Positions 52,020-62,080 of a stretch of 64,000 bases of DNA are shown here, one piece after another. Below the pieces are notes generated by a model. The model saw only the letters and a program-made list of their open reading frames with translations, was not told the DNA's origin and searched no databases. This DNA comes from Candidatus Latescibacterota bacterium (lineage in GTDB: Bacteria; Latescibacterota; CBDEFO01), in contig CBDEFO010000007.1 in assembly GCA_965237525.1 (NCBI GenBank), positions 32,001 to 96,000 of the forward strand, written 5' to 3'. Numbering within the stretch: position 1 is the stretch's first letter; each line of letters starts with the position of its first letter. A program made the position numbers and the translations under genes.

Positions 52020-52844
52020 ATGAGCCGGTTAAGAGTTGTCAGCCAAGAGAGAAAAAGAGAAATAGAAAGAAGAATCGATACGGAAAGACTCTTTGCGGTT
52101 ATCGGCACTACAGGCAATATAACAGATCAGGTCGCAGGGATCGCCGATGGACTCTATGAGGGGGGAGTTTCAACTTCTGAGATCACCTGCAGAGCCGCAA
52201 CGTGGTTGAATCACTTGGAAGCCCTTCAAAACTATAAGGATACAAAAAATCCTGACGTAATAGTCGCTGTCGGGACAAACACGGATATTTTTTCGGTCCA
52301 CCAGGCGATGCAAAACGGAGCAGAAGTGATTGTAGCTTCCCACGGACTTATGCCATATTCAAATCGCGCCGCCGTACCTCCCGAAAGGAGATCTCATCTA
52401 ACCGATCTGGAGACGTTCATTCAGAATCACGAGGAGGAGATCAAAGGGCTATACAAAGAGGAATTGGGAGAAGTTGACGCTTACGCCCTGATGATGGACC
52501 CGATAATGTACGTCAGCACGCGCGGGGGCATTATCATACCTGCTTCGAGCCACGCTCCGGACGGGCTGAAAGCCGTGAAGATGCGCGGTGCGAACTACCA
52601 GAAGTTGTATCCGACTCAGAGATACACGCCAGCTGAACTTGCCGAGACGTTCAAGGCGGTGACTCCGTTCGACAACTTAAGAGTCGTACTGACAGGCGGG
52701 CTGGATAAGGACAACATGGTGCCCTGGCTTAAAGTCCCCTACGTCATAGCAGCAGGTATGAGCTATCTGGCGAAGGGGACCCCAAGAGAGATTAGGGAAA
52801 AAGCGAAAAGCTCAAGAGAGATAGTAAAATCTTTAGAGGAATAG
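52020..52844 (+). CDS. Divergent KDPG/KHG aldolase (Eda-like)
   Basis: EITCR, AVGT, KLYP Schiff-base position, TGG; convergent with kdgK. Confidence 0.65.
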   Translation: MSRLRVVSQERKREIERRIDTERLFAVIGTTGNITDQVAGIADGLYEGGVSTSEITCRAATWLNHLEALQNYKDTKNPDVIVAVGTNTDIFSVHQAMQNGAEVIVASHGLMPYSNRAAVPPERRSHLTDLETFIQNHEEEIKGLYKEELGEVDAYALMMDPIMYVSTRGGIIIPASSHAPDGLKAVKMRGANYQKLYPTQRYTPAELAETFKAVTPFDNLRVVLTGGLDKDNMVPWLKVPYVIAAGMSYLAKGTPREIREKAKSSREIVKSLEE

Positions 52845-52856
52845 ACCTCCAGAAGA

Positions 52857-52908
52857 TAGTAGACAGTTGTCAGGGCCACCTCCTCCCTTCCCTGTTTGCT
52901 GTCTACTG
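52857..52908. repeat. Inverted heptamer-array hairpin between convergent genes
   Basis: TAGTAGACAGTTGTCAGGG...CCCTGTTTGCTGTCTACTG. Confidence 0.75.
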
Positions 52909-52910
52909 AT

Positions 52911-54017
52911 TTATCGCCTGGCTCTTACCCCCCCTCCTTTCTGAGCGCGGGCGATTTCTTTTTCGATCTCTGTCTGTGTCACCATCGTCGTGTCCCCAGG
53001 GGTTAGTTGCACCAGAGCGCCGTGTGCCGCGCCCCACTCGACCGCCTCTTTCAGACCCTTTCCCCCAAGCAGAGCAGCAGCAGTCCCGGAGACGAAGGAA
53101 TCGCCTCCGCCCGTTCGGTCTTTGATCTGGACGCCATCCCGCTGTGTTGCTTGATACAACTTCCGTCCCGATACGGAATACAAAATGGCGCCCCAGTTAA
53201 TCGCATCTGCAGAGATGGCCCCACGAAGCGTGGTTCCGATTAACTTGAGATTGGGAAAATCCTCGGCCACCCTTACCACCATCTTTTCGTAGGCTTCTAT
53301 CTTCAGGCTGGTGTAGTCCTGGCCCACCTCCTCTATCTCGTAGCCCAACGCCGCCTGGAAATCCTCCTCATTTCCGACGAGAAAATCTACGTACTGCACA
53401 AGTTCCCTATTGATACTTTGTGCCTTCTTCTGATCGGGCTGGAGACTCGATCTGTAGTTCAGATCAAAAGATACAAATGTGCCGGCCTCCCTTGCCGCCA
53501 TTACAGCCTCCTTTGCCACCTCGGGGGCCGTATCGGATATTAGGGTATATATCCCGCCTGTATGGAACCACCGGACGCCCCTGTGGGAGAAGAGTCCACT
53601 CCAATCTACGTCTCCCCCTTTCAACTGGCGGGCTGAGGTGTGCGCCCTGTAGTACTCGGTCACCGACGGCAGCAGTCCCTTACCGCTCCAGGTGAAGTTT
53701 ATGCCGTTGCACACCATTCCGATGCCGTCGAAATTCAACCAGACGATGTGGCTTGTATCTACGCCCGCTTCCCTCAGCTGAGCTTCAATATTTCGCCCTA
53801 CGCCGTCGTCCACCAGAGCGGTGACCACAGATGTTCTCATGCCGAAAGAGTAGCTCAATCCTTCAGCGACGTTCAGCTCACCGCCCCCGTGCCATGCCTT
53901 GAAAGTTCTGGACTTTCGTGTTGGAACATCCCCCGGATCCAATCTCAACATGACTTCACCGAGCGAGACCGCATCGTAGTCGCACTGTTCATCAGATCTG
54001 ATCGTCAATTCTGCCAT
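52911..54017 (-). CDS. kdgK: PfkB-family 2-dehydro-3-deoxygluconokinase
   Basis: GEVMLRL, GGGELNVA, FDLNYR, DRTGGGDSF. Confidence 0.85.
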   Translation of the reverse strand: MAELTIRSDEQCDYDAVSLGEVMLRLDPGDVPTRKSRTFKAWHGGGELNVAEGLSYSFGMRTSVVTALVDDGVGRNIEAQLREAGVDTSHIVWLNFDGIGMVCNGINFTWSGKGLLPSVTEYYRAHTSARQLKGGDVDWSGLFSHRGVRWFHTGGIYTLISDTAPEVAKEAVMAAREAGTFVSFDLNYRSSLQPDQKKAQSINRELVQYVDFLVGNEEDFQAALGYEIEEVGQDYTSLKIEAYEKMVVRVAEDFPNLKLIGTTLRGAISADAINWGAILYSVSGRKLYQATQRDGVQIKDRTGGGDSFVSGTAAALLGGKGLKEAVEWGAAHGALVQLTPGDTTMVTQTEIEKEIARAQKGGGVRARR

Positions 54018-54265
54018 TTTTCATCCCTCCAAATTTCAAAGAAAAGACACTCTTGGCTTCAAGCTGCTCTAGCTTGCAAATATACGAATTTAGTTGAACA
54101 GAGTGCAAGGGGAAAATCCGTTTCAGACCAAAATGCAATCTAATTTAGGTTGGCTTCGGAATCTCTGCGTATCATAGAGGCATCTCCTCCCCTCACTGTT
54201 AGCTGCCTGCTGGGTGAACACACGGGTCCCCTCAACTCCCTGCTCCGGAGTGGACAGGACCCGAA

Positions 54266-54298
54266 TCTGACAACAATGTCCGACAAAAATGTCCGATG
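54266..54298. promoter_or_regulatory. Tandem palindromic boxes, candidate sigma54 enhancer (UAS)
   Basis: GACAACAATGTCC GACAAAAATGTCC about 110-135 bp upstream of the -24 box. Confidence 0.5.
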
Positions 54299-54402
54299 TA
54301 AGTACTGATATTCGATAGGGACAAGCATAGTGATAGTCAAAGTCCTGAATATCTGTTAGCAACTACAACGTTTATGGCCGTCTCCTCAAACGTTTTCGTC
54401 TC

Positions 54403-54418
54403 TGGCACGTCTTTTGCA
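54403..54418 (+). promoter_or_regulatory. Sigma54 promoter
   Basis: TGGCACG-TCTT-TTGCA, exact consensus. Confidence 0.8.
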
Positions 54419-54563
54419 CTACTTAGGGAATGAAACACAGCTAAAGATTCTCGGCAGACTGGCAAGGGCAAGTGCTCTTACCCCCCTCAGCACAGATGCC
54501 CTCTTAGGTCTGCCGAGAATAACGGTGATGTCCCTAAAAGGGCGGAGAATTTAGGAGAGAAGA

Positions 54564-55220
54564 ATGCCAGTTATCCAGATTCGGAATTTGGACACTTCAG
54601 AAATGAAGGACGAGGAACTTATGGCAGGGTTGTCAGACGGAGATATGTCCTGCTTTACAGGGATTGTCGAAAGATACAGGGATAGATTGATAAACTTCCT
54701 TTTCCGGTTCGTAGGGGATCGCGAGACAGCCGAGGATATAGTCCAAGAGACGTTTCTGAGGGTCTTCAAAAAGAGAAGTTCGAACGCCGACATAATGAAC
54801 TTTTCAACATGGATATTTACGATTGCGAGCAACTTGGCCAAGACAGAACTCAGACGCAGAAAAAGGTGGAAATCTATATCTATAGATGCAGGCGATCATG
54901 AAACACAAGTTCGGATAGAGGTTGCCGATGACTCACAAAGGCCTGACAACCTTGCTGAGTCGAGAATACTGGACGATATTGTGCACGACGCCATACGTTC
55001 ACTACCTCCTAAATATCGTCAGGCCATCCTGATGAGGGACGTCCAGGGATTATCTTACGAGGAGATTTCAAGGATAACTGAATGCCCGGTAGGGACTATC
55101 AAATCGAGAGCAAACAGAAGCAGACTCAGGCTTCAGCGTAAACTCAGGAAGTTCAAGGATGAGATCCCTCCCTTGACTGATAGGGTCTATGCTCTGGTCC
55201 CCGAAAAGGTGATGAGGTGA
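54564..55220 (+). CDS. ECF sigma factor (RpoE-like)
   Basis: AEDIVQETF, FSTWIFTIASN, LSYEEI...GTIKSR. Confidence 0.92.
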   Translation: MPVIQIRNLDTSEMKDEELMAGLSDGDMSCFTGIVERYRDRLINFLFRFVGDRETAEDIVQETFLRVFKKRSSNADIMNFSTWIFTIASNLAKTELRRRKRWKSISIDAGDHETQVRIEVADDSQRPDNLAESRILDDIVHDAIRSLPPKYRQAILMRDVQGLSYEEISRITECPVGTIKSRANRSRLRLQRKLRKFKDEIPPLTDRVYALVPEKVMR

Positions 55221-55242
55221 GCCCTCAAAAAGGGTGAGGATA

Positions 55243-55809
55243 ATGAACAAATTTCGAAGAAAGACTGTGCCTTTATTGATCCTGCTATCTGTTGCATTTA
55301 CTCCGAAAGCTGGATCGGCGTCACAGCAAGATTCCAGATCGATTGTCCTGGATCGGAAGGGCAACAGGTTTGAGGTATCAAATCTTCTTTTAGGGGGACG
55401 TAACGATCTGGTCTTTACAGCGGGAAAGCAGAGATACAGGATTAAGTTTAATCAGATAAGAAAAGTAGAGCTTCAGGGGCATAGCGCAGATGAGAAGAAA
55501 TCGATAGTGGTAACACTCAGGGATGGCAAAGTACTGAGTGGAGCCATATTTGCAGATACGAATACGCCCAACACGAGCGGCTCTATCAGATTTAGAGTGA
55601 GTAAGACGCTTTCAGGTGAGACAAAGTTGGGAAAGTTTTCCCTGTCCCTCAAGGACGTCAGGCAGATAGTCTTTCGCCACGATGAAAGTATAAGATATTG
55701 CCCGGTGGATCAAAAGAGGTTCGTCGACTCGGAATTCAACTTTTGTCCATATCACGGCGATAGGCTTGTTACAGGGAAGGATCTCGCTAGGGTAATCGTA
55801 GTGGAATGA
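55243..55809 (+). CDS. Exported hypothetical protein with a C-terminal CPVD...CPYHG motif
   Basis: Signal peptide-like N-terminus; directly follows the ECF sigma gene. Confidence 0.6.
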   Translation: MNKFRRKTVPLLILLSVAFTPKAGSASQQDSRSIVLDRKGNRFEVSNLLLGGRNDLVFTAGKQRYRIKFNQIRKVELQGHSADEKKSIVVTLRDGKVLSGAIFADTNTPNTSGSIRFRVSKTLSGETKLGKFSLSLKDVRQIVFRHDESIRYCPVDQKRFVDSEFNFCPYHGDRLVTGKDLARVIVVE

Positions 55810-56205
55810 TAAACTGCGCGTGATATATACAGCACAAGAGCGATCATCAAATACGATGGTCGCTCTTTTTCTTTGTACAACACGAGAAGCTTTACAAAAC
55901 CTTCTAATCTCATTCGGAAAGACAAAGTTTAAGTTTTGCAGAGAGATAACGATTTGTCCCAACGTATGTATTCGTAGAGGCGAGCTAACCCCGGCATACA
56001 TTCGGTTTGGGTTGCTTATTTCAGGGCCCACAGGGGCGAACCCATGCGGAGAAACTCCTGCAAAAATGCTACCTTTCCGAATCACAAAAAACCTTGTAAA
56101 GACTTCTGGACTTGGAGCGTGGTTGTTCGTATATTTTATACTTGGATTCAGTCTTTGAAAAGGCCCTAGCTCAAGTTATCTGACTGTTATTGATGGAGGA
56201 GAGCA

Positions 56206-56724
56206 ATGACACTCAAGATGTTAGGGAAAAGGATAGTGGAAGTGGCCTATTTAGAAGGGGATTTTGTGCTGAGTTCGGGTAAAAGGAGCAATTATTACCT
56301 GGACAAGTATCTCTTTCTGGGGCAGCCGGAGATATTGAAAGCCATAGCGACACATATAGCCCAAATGATCCCCGACAAAGTGGACAGAATAGCCGGCCCG
56401 GAACTCGGAGCGGTGCCTTTAGCGGCGGCTCTTTCTATCCAGACAGGCATACCATTTGTCATAGTCCGAAAGGAGGCAAAGGGATACGGCACAAGCGCAC
56501 AGGTGGAAGGAGGCATAAAGATAGGAGAATCACTAATCTTGATAGAGGACGTGGCAACTACGGGAAGTCAAGCTATCGCTGCAGCCGAACATCTGACACG
56601 GATAGGCAATAAAATCGTAAAAATAATATGTGTTATAGACAGGGAAGAAGGAGCAAAACAGAACGCTCAAGAGGCGGGATACACACTGGAATCCCTCTTT
56701 ACAAAGACTGGCTTGGGGATATAG
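56206..56724 (+). CDS. pyrE: Orotate phosphoribosyltransferase
   Basis: FVLSSG, RKEAKGYG, IEDVATTG. Confidence 0.93.
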   Translation: MTLKMLGKRIVEVAYLEGDFVLSSGKRSNYYLDKYLFLGQPEILKAIATHIAQMIPDKVDRIAGPELGAVPLAAALSIQTGIPFVIVRKEAKGYGTSAQVEGGIKIGESLILIEDVATTGSQAIAAAEHLTRIGNKIVKIICVIDREEGAKQNAQEAGYTLESLFTKTGLGI

Positions 56725-56764
56725 CGAGCGAACACAAGAGCGCACGCCTAATGCATTAACTATT

Positions 56765-57061
56765 CTACAAATACCCGAGGTCTTTCAGCAACTTCTTAAC
56801 AGTCTCTACATCCTCAGGCGCTAATTCTTGATTGACCGGCAGTTTGGATAAAGGATGATCAGGTCTGCCCCAGGATATTCCTGCCCAGACCCGTTCGTGT
56901 CCATAATACAACAGCATTTTCGACAGAAGTTCGAAGAATCCTATGCCCAACGATAACATCAACTGATTAGTAAAGATATAGACTATGACCATCGTCGTGA
57001 ATGTAGCAAGCACCCTCCAACTGATGGTCTTAACGATGCTCCTTTTGCTCGGTTCTTTCAT
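56765..57061 (-). CDS. DUF2061-like small membrane protein
   Basis: RSIVKTISWR, YYGHERVW. Confidence 0.8.
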   Translation of the reverse strand: MKEPSKRSIVKTISWRVLATFTTMVIVYIFTNQLMLSLGIGFFELLSKMLLYYGHERVWAGISWGRPDHPLSKLPVNQELAPEDVETVKKLLKDLGYL

Positions 57062-57111
57062 AGCTCCTCATTTAATGATGAAATGTTTTGCTATCCTATT
57101 AGCAATTGGAA

Positions 57112-57476
57112 GAGCCGAAGCCAACCTATAAGCCGAGTTCTGTCTCCAAAGGAGGGCGATCATCTGTCTGGGATGCCGATTCCTCGACACCTCAATGCGG
57201 TCTACCCAGAGGTCGAACGGGACGGGCAGCCCCTCCCTCTCTATTTGACCTTGCTTCCGATGGGGTTTAGCCTGCCGCTTCTGTCGCCAGAAGCTCGGTG
57301 AGCTCTTACCTCGCCTTTTCACCTTTGCCTGTGCCTAAGAAGGGCCATCGGCTGTGTGTTTTCTGTGCCACTTTCCATCGGGTTACCCCGCCTGGGAGTT
57401 ACCCAGCATCGTGCCCTTTGAAGCTCGGACTTTCCTCACTTTTAAAAAAGCGCGATCGCCCGGTTTGCTTCGACTC
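57112..57476 (-). ncRNA. rnpB: RNase P RNA (bacterial class A)
   Basis: GAGGAAAGTCCGAGC, GGAAAGTGGCACAGAAA, ACAGAACTCGGCTTA and a terminal P1 helix. Confidence 0.96.
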
Positions 57477-57675
57477 TTTTTCAGTCCTCAGTCCTAATCT
57501 ATGTAAAACGTAATTCGTAATAGTAGAGGCAGTTCTTATAAGCCAAAAGAAAGCAATAGGTTAAAGCACGACATTAGACTAATTTCAAAATCTCTCCCAA
57601 GCTCTTGTCTAACTATTACTTTTCAAGATACATTTCTTATTATGCAGTGTCCACATATTAGCTATAGAAAAGTAC

Positions 57676-58010
57676 GGCAGAGGACTCCCGGATTTAACTC
57701 GGAGATGAATGCTGCTAGTGCCCCCAGAAAGTTTAGTTTCCCAACGGACAAAACATTTCCTTTTTTTGTATTTTTATATTTCTCATAAGGCTGGGAGTGC
57801 CGGGCCTGCCGCTAAGGGCGACCTGCTCTTTAGCAGTAGAACAGGTCGAAGGTTCTGAAACCGAATCTTGGGAGCCCGTCTCTGACAATAACCATTAAGC
57901 GCCAGCTTCGAGAGAATTCACAGGCTGAGCGCGGCTTTCAGGTGCTAACGCTGACTGTTGGGTCGAGCGCTGCCTGATAAACCCCTTTATTTAACGGCGA
58001 GAGTCGTCAT
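57676..58010 (+). mobile_element. Possible non-autonomous IS200/IS605 derivative
   Basis: Degenerate subterminal hairpins at both ends, a GC-rich structured interior, no ORF. Confidence 0.4.
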
Positions 58011-58729
58011 CAGTTCATCTTATCTGCTTTCCAGACCAGTATCCTCCCACAACTTTCACACGCAATCACTCTGTCGTTTCTTCTGATTTCGCTGGCCCTC
58101 TGAGGTGGAAGTTGTCTAAAGCATCCTCCACAAGCTCCTTTCATTACTGGAACCACAGCAATACTTTTACCACGCCGAACCCTCTTGTAAACTGACAAAG
58201 CCCTCCTATCTACACCGTCCTGAACGATCTTTCCTTTGCCCTCCAAAGCGTCTATATCCCCGTCCAAAGACCGTAACTTTTCGGACAATTCGGAGATCTT
58301 GCTCGATTTTTCGGCATCCATTTCTGCGAGGGCTCCAGACTCAACCTCCATTTTAGTCTTCAGCTCTTCAATTCCCTCCATCGCTGCCAAGATCTCAGAT
58401 TCGCTAAGGTCGATCTTCTTCTGATAGGTCTGGATCTCCCCCTGCAGCGCGTCATATTCTCTGTTTGTCTTTATATTACGCTGGTAGAGTCGACCCTGGT
58501 GCTCCTTCAACTCCCCGTTGGCGACCTCCAACTCCCGCTCAAAGTGGCGCCTGTTCTTTTCAAGCTCCTGGGAATCTTCTTCCTTTTGGCACAAGGCCTC
58601 CTTCGCTGCCTTTAACTCCTGCCCCAAACGTTCTATTTCCTTGGGATACTCCTCTCTTGACTTCTTAAGATCGTCGATAGCGCTGTCTATCTCTTGAAGA
58701 TCTAAAAGCTTCGTAAGATTTTCTTTCAT
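58010..58729 (-). CDS. Coiled-coil C4 zinc-ribbon protein (DUF164-like)
   Basis: LLDLQEID, CGGC...CESCGRIL. Confidence 0.88.
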   Translation of the reverse strand: MKENLTKLLDLQEIDSAIDDLKKSREEYPKEIERLGQELKAAKEALCQKEEDSQELEKNRRHFERELEVANGELKEHQGRLYQRNIKTNREYDALQGEIQTYQKKIDLSESEILAAMEGIEELKTKMEVESGALAEMDAEKSSKISELSEKLRSLDGDIDALEGKGKIVQDGVDRRALSVYKRVRRGKSIAVVPVMKGACGGCFRQLPPQRASEIRRNDRVIACESCGRILVWKADKMN

Positions 58730-58762
58730 ACTCTACCCCCTTAAACTTACATAAGATAGCAT

Positions 58763-58792
58763 AAAAAAAGCGCACCATCTAAGTGCGCTTTT
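58763..58792 (-). terminator. Intrinsic terminator after the tRNAs
   Basis: AAAAGCGCAC...GTGCGCTTTT stem with a T tract on the minus strand. Confidence 0.75.
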
Positions 58793-58883
58793 GTATAACC
58801 CTCGACTTATGTTTATTAATCCGAATTTATAGCCGTTGCAAAGACCGCCTCGCCAGACTCCCGATCTTATCTTTTCATATAGA

Positions 58884-58960
58884 TGGTGGGCGATACTGGA
58901 CTCGAACCAGTGACCTCTGGTATGTGAAACCAGCGCTCTGACCAGCTGAGCTAACCGCCC
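58884..58960 (-). tRNA. tRNA-Val(CAC)
   Basis: Cloverleaf GGGCGGTTAGCTCAG...CTGGT-TTCACAT-ACCAG...GGTTCGAGTCC...CCCACCA. Confidence 0.95.
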
Positions 58961-59016
58961 CTGCCAGCCACGTTTAAAAAACATTCTATATGACCTTCTC
59001 CTTGAAGTATATATTT

Positions 59017-59093
59017 TGGTGGGTCCACTAGGACTCGAACCTAGGACCTACTGATTATGAGTCAGTTGCTCTAACCGACTGAGCTATGGACCC
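59017..59093 (-). tRNA. tRNA with CAT anticodon, probably tRNA-Ile2 (lysidine type)
   Basis: GGGTCCATAGCTCAG...ACTGACTCATAATCAGT...CCCACCA; paired G1-C72 excludes initiator tRNA; Ile2 vs elongator Met is inferred. Confidence 0.9.
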
Positions 59094-59127
59094 TCACTTT
59101 ATAATTTAACAAATCCCGATCAAAATT

Positions 59128-60921
59128 TCAAGATGTTTTTTTAATATCGATAAGAGAGCGTTTTCTCCTGTCCAAAGCGACATGCTCTCGAAGGAGCTCT
59201 GTTACTTTCTTATCGTCTCCTTCATTTTCAGCTTCTTTAATCTTTGCTTCGAGCTCTTCTATCCTCTTTTCTATAGACTTTCGCTGCAGTCTTCGTATGT
59301 GGTCATCTAAAGACTGTTCTATCTGAGATTCATCGAAGTCCTCCAAAGATATCTTTGAGATCAGCTTTGCAAGTTTTGAGTCTCTTGAATCCTCGCCCAA
59401 AGTCACTACGCCGACGTCTACACCCCTTTCTGACGCTTTAAATATCAGACTTGCTATCTGTCTGTGCGATTTCTCCGTGAAATCCTCCGGAGCTATCAGA
59501 TCCTTTGCCTCTCTGACTGCATCCTTGCAGTTTATCATTATCTTCAAAAGCTCTCTTTCCCATTTGGGTTCTGAGACGGTCACATCTTCTATTTCATCTG
59601 ACTCTGTCTTTTTGGCTGTCCTCCTTTTCGATTTGTCAATTATCCTCCCGACGGCCCTGTACAGAGTCTTTTCATCCACGCTGAACTCGTCAGCTATCCC
59701 CTTTATCAAGAGATTCCTCTTTATCTCGTCCTTAACCTTGGACACGCTCTCAGATAGAGAATTCAAGGCCTTGGTTTTCCCCTCCACATGTGAGAGCAAC
59801 CCCTCTTTTTTCATAAGATCTATCTTGTAGTCCAGAAAATAGCTCGCATTATTCAGGTGATCATAAAAGCTATCTTTTCCTCTATCCTTTATGAAACTGT
59901 CAGGGTCATATCCCATCGGCAGGGAAACTATCTCAGGGGTAAGGTCAGATCCCAGCAGGACATCCATCCCCCTCAAAGACGCCGAAGAGCCTGCGGCATC
60001 AGAGTCATAAACTATGATTACTCTGTCTGTATAGCGCGATAGCAATCTGGCCTGTTCGTAAGTAAAAGCGGTCCCCGAAGACGCAACTGCGTTGTCTATC
60101 CCCTCCTGAACGAGCCTTATGAGGTCCATATATCCCTCCACAACTATCGCAGACCCCTCTTTCCTTATGGAATCCTTGGCCTGATGGAGGCCGTACAGGA
60201 CCGATCCCTTGTGATATATTTCCGTATCGGGAGAGTTGAGATACTTGGGCTCCTGATCGTCGTCCAAAGTCCTCGCGCCGAAGCCTGTAACTTTTCCGCT
60301 TATCCCCACGATGGGAAACGTAATCCTGTCTCTGAATCTGTCGTAAAAGCCGCCGTCCTTCCTCGCAATTGCCAATCCCGCTCTTGCCAGGATCTCTCCT
60401 GAAAGCCCTCGCTTTTGCGCTTGTTTCAGAAGATCGTCCCAATCTGGAAGAGAATAGCCCAAAGAGAACCTTTGAACTGTCTCTTCGGACAATCCCCTCT
60501 CCCTCAGATAGGCACGCGCACCCTCGCTACGTTTGTCCTTCCATAGAAGATGGCAGAAATAGTCCTTTGCCAGTTGATTGGCTCTATATAGATCGTCATT
60601 AGAAGCCTTCTCACCCCTTCCGACAGATGGCAGGCTAATCCCAGTCCTTTCTGATAGAGACCTTACCGCCTCAAAAAAGCTCACCTTCTCAAGCTCCATT
60701 AGGAACGAAAAGACGTTTCCTCCAGAGCCGCAGCCGAAGCAATAGTACATCTGTTTTTCCGGACTTACGCTGAAGGAAGGGGTCTTTTCAGCGTGGAAGG
60801 GACAAAGAGCGGAGAAATTGCGCCCTCTCTTCTGCAGGGAGACATAATCGGACACCACTTCCACAATATCGACCGAATCCTTGATCCTCTCCACCAATTC
60901 GTCAGGAACCCTGTAAGCCAT
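59128..60921 (-). CDS. dnaG: DNA primase
   Basis: CPFH..KTPSF, CFGC, KYLNSP, VEGYMD, YDSDAAG, DPD. Confidence 0.97.
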   Translation of the reverse strand: MAYRVPDELVERIKDSVDIVEVVSDYVSLQKRGRNFSALCPFHAEKTPSFSVSPEKQMYYCFGCGSGGNVFSFLMELEKVSFFEAVRSLSERTGISLPSVGRGEKASNDDLYRANQLAKDYFCHLLWKDKRSEGARAYLRERGLSEETVQRFSLGYSLPDWDDLLKQAQKRGLSGEILARAGLAIARKDGGFYDRFRDRITFPIVGISGKVTGFGARTLDDDQEPKYLNSPDTEIYHKGSVLYGLHQAKDSIRKEGSAIVVEGYMDLIRLVQEGIDNAVASSGTAFTYEQARLLSRYTDRVIIVYDSDAAGSSASLRGMDVLLGSDLTPEIVSLPMGYDPDSFIKDRGKDSFYDHLNNASYFLDYKIDLMKKEGLLSHVEGKTKALNSLSESVSKVKDEIKRNLLIKGIADEFSVDEKTLYRAVGRIIDKSKRRTAKKTESDEIEDVTVSEPKWERELLKIMINCKDAVREAKDLIAPEDFTEKSHRQIASLIFKASERGVDVGVVTLGEDSRDSKLAKLISKISLEDFDESQIEQSLDDHIRRLQRKSIEKRIEELEAKIKEAENEGDDKKVTELLREHVALDRRKRSLIDIKKTS

Positions 60922-61084
60922 GATCTATTCTATCCTATGTCTTCCGGTCCATAGATCCTATCGGTCCAGGCATATTGTTTGATTCCGATTACAAATATTA
61001 AGCTAAATGTTCCAGACTTTCTCAAGGGAAATACGTGTTGTTGGATACTCTTGCTTAGAACTTGAATTCTCGTATCTTTTCCAA

Positions 61085-61649
61085 CTAATTCGATCCTTCT
61101 TGAACAGTTAAACGCCTGAATGCTTCAAGAGCAATAGATATGAGAGAGTCGACCACTTTTTTCTTCAACAGACCCTTTAACAGAAATCCGGGAACGAAAA
61201 AATCTGGTCTGGCTTTAAGAGAATAGGTTAAAACCGAACCCTTATCCGCCCTCTCCAATCCCCAGGAGCCCTCATAAAGCTTGAAATCTCCCTCTTTCTG
61301 CCGAAAAGTTATACCGAGCAAAAAAATCTTCCTTCACCTCAAGGAGTGCATGAATCTTACGGCTGAACAAGAAAAAATTTGCTATTCCCACCTGATCCAG
61401 GAGGATACCCCCATCGCTGTCAAATCCCAGGGAGTCACTGCTGACCATATCCGGCATAAAGGTCTCCAGGTTATCATAGTCCGTTATCACCTCCCACACT
61501 ATCCGATCGGGAGCGGCTATCTGAACCCTGCCCTCTACGTAGTATATGCCCTCGTGCTTTTCTATTTTTACATCAGCGTTTGGCTCAAAGTCCGATGCCT
61601 CTAAGGCAGCGGTCAAGAATAGGGAGATTAGGATTAGCGTTTTAGACAT
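61085..61649 (-). pseudogene. SRPBCC/polyketide cyclase family protein, frameshifted
   Basis: VWEVITDYDNL..FMP and GDFKLYEGSW lie in different frames that join at the A7 run 61320-61326. Confidence 0.7.
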
Positions 61650-61759
61650 CTTGCTTACGAATCTTCACTTTCGACTATCCCCCCTCAGTCTCGTATAAGT
61701 TCCGATTACGAAAATAAACAAAAAACCCACTAAAGTCAAAAGTATATTTAAGGGAACTG

Positions 61760-62065
61760 CGTGAATCCTCAATTCCCGAAACTTGCGCCCTCTCTCAGAA
61801 TTATCCCAATCCGTTCAACCCCCAAACAGTGATACATTATGATCTTCCTGTTGGAAGCCATGTTGATATATCTGTCTTCAATCTGATGGGACAGAAGGTC
61901 GCGACACTGGTGGATGGTCACAGATCAGCAGGTAGCTACTCTTTGGTCTGGGATGGCAAAGATAGTAATGGAAAGAGTCTTGCCAGCGGAGTCTATTTCT
62001 ATCGGATAGAGGCAGATGGCTCGGAGAGATTTGTGCAGACAAGGAAACTGGTCTTGATGAGGTAG
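61760..62065 (+). pseudogene. Orphan FlgD-Ig / T9SS-type C-terminal domain fragment
   Basis: LSQNYPNPFNP...WDGKD...SGVYFYR...KLVLMR with no upstream gene body. Confidence 0.75.
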
Positions 62066-62080
62066 ACTTTACTACGATCT

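Noticed and set aside
54148..54161. 14-bp match to the rnpB 3' end (possible att site)
   Set aside because: Matches of this length are expected by chance in 64 kb and there is no integrase
55820..56158. 112-aa ORF or structured leader before pyrE
   Set aside because: No recognisable protein or RNA motif and no repeat elsewhere in the window
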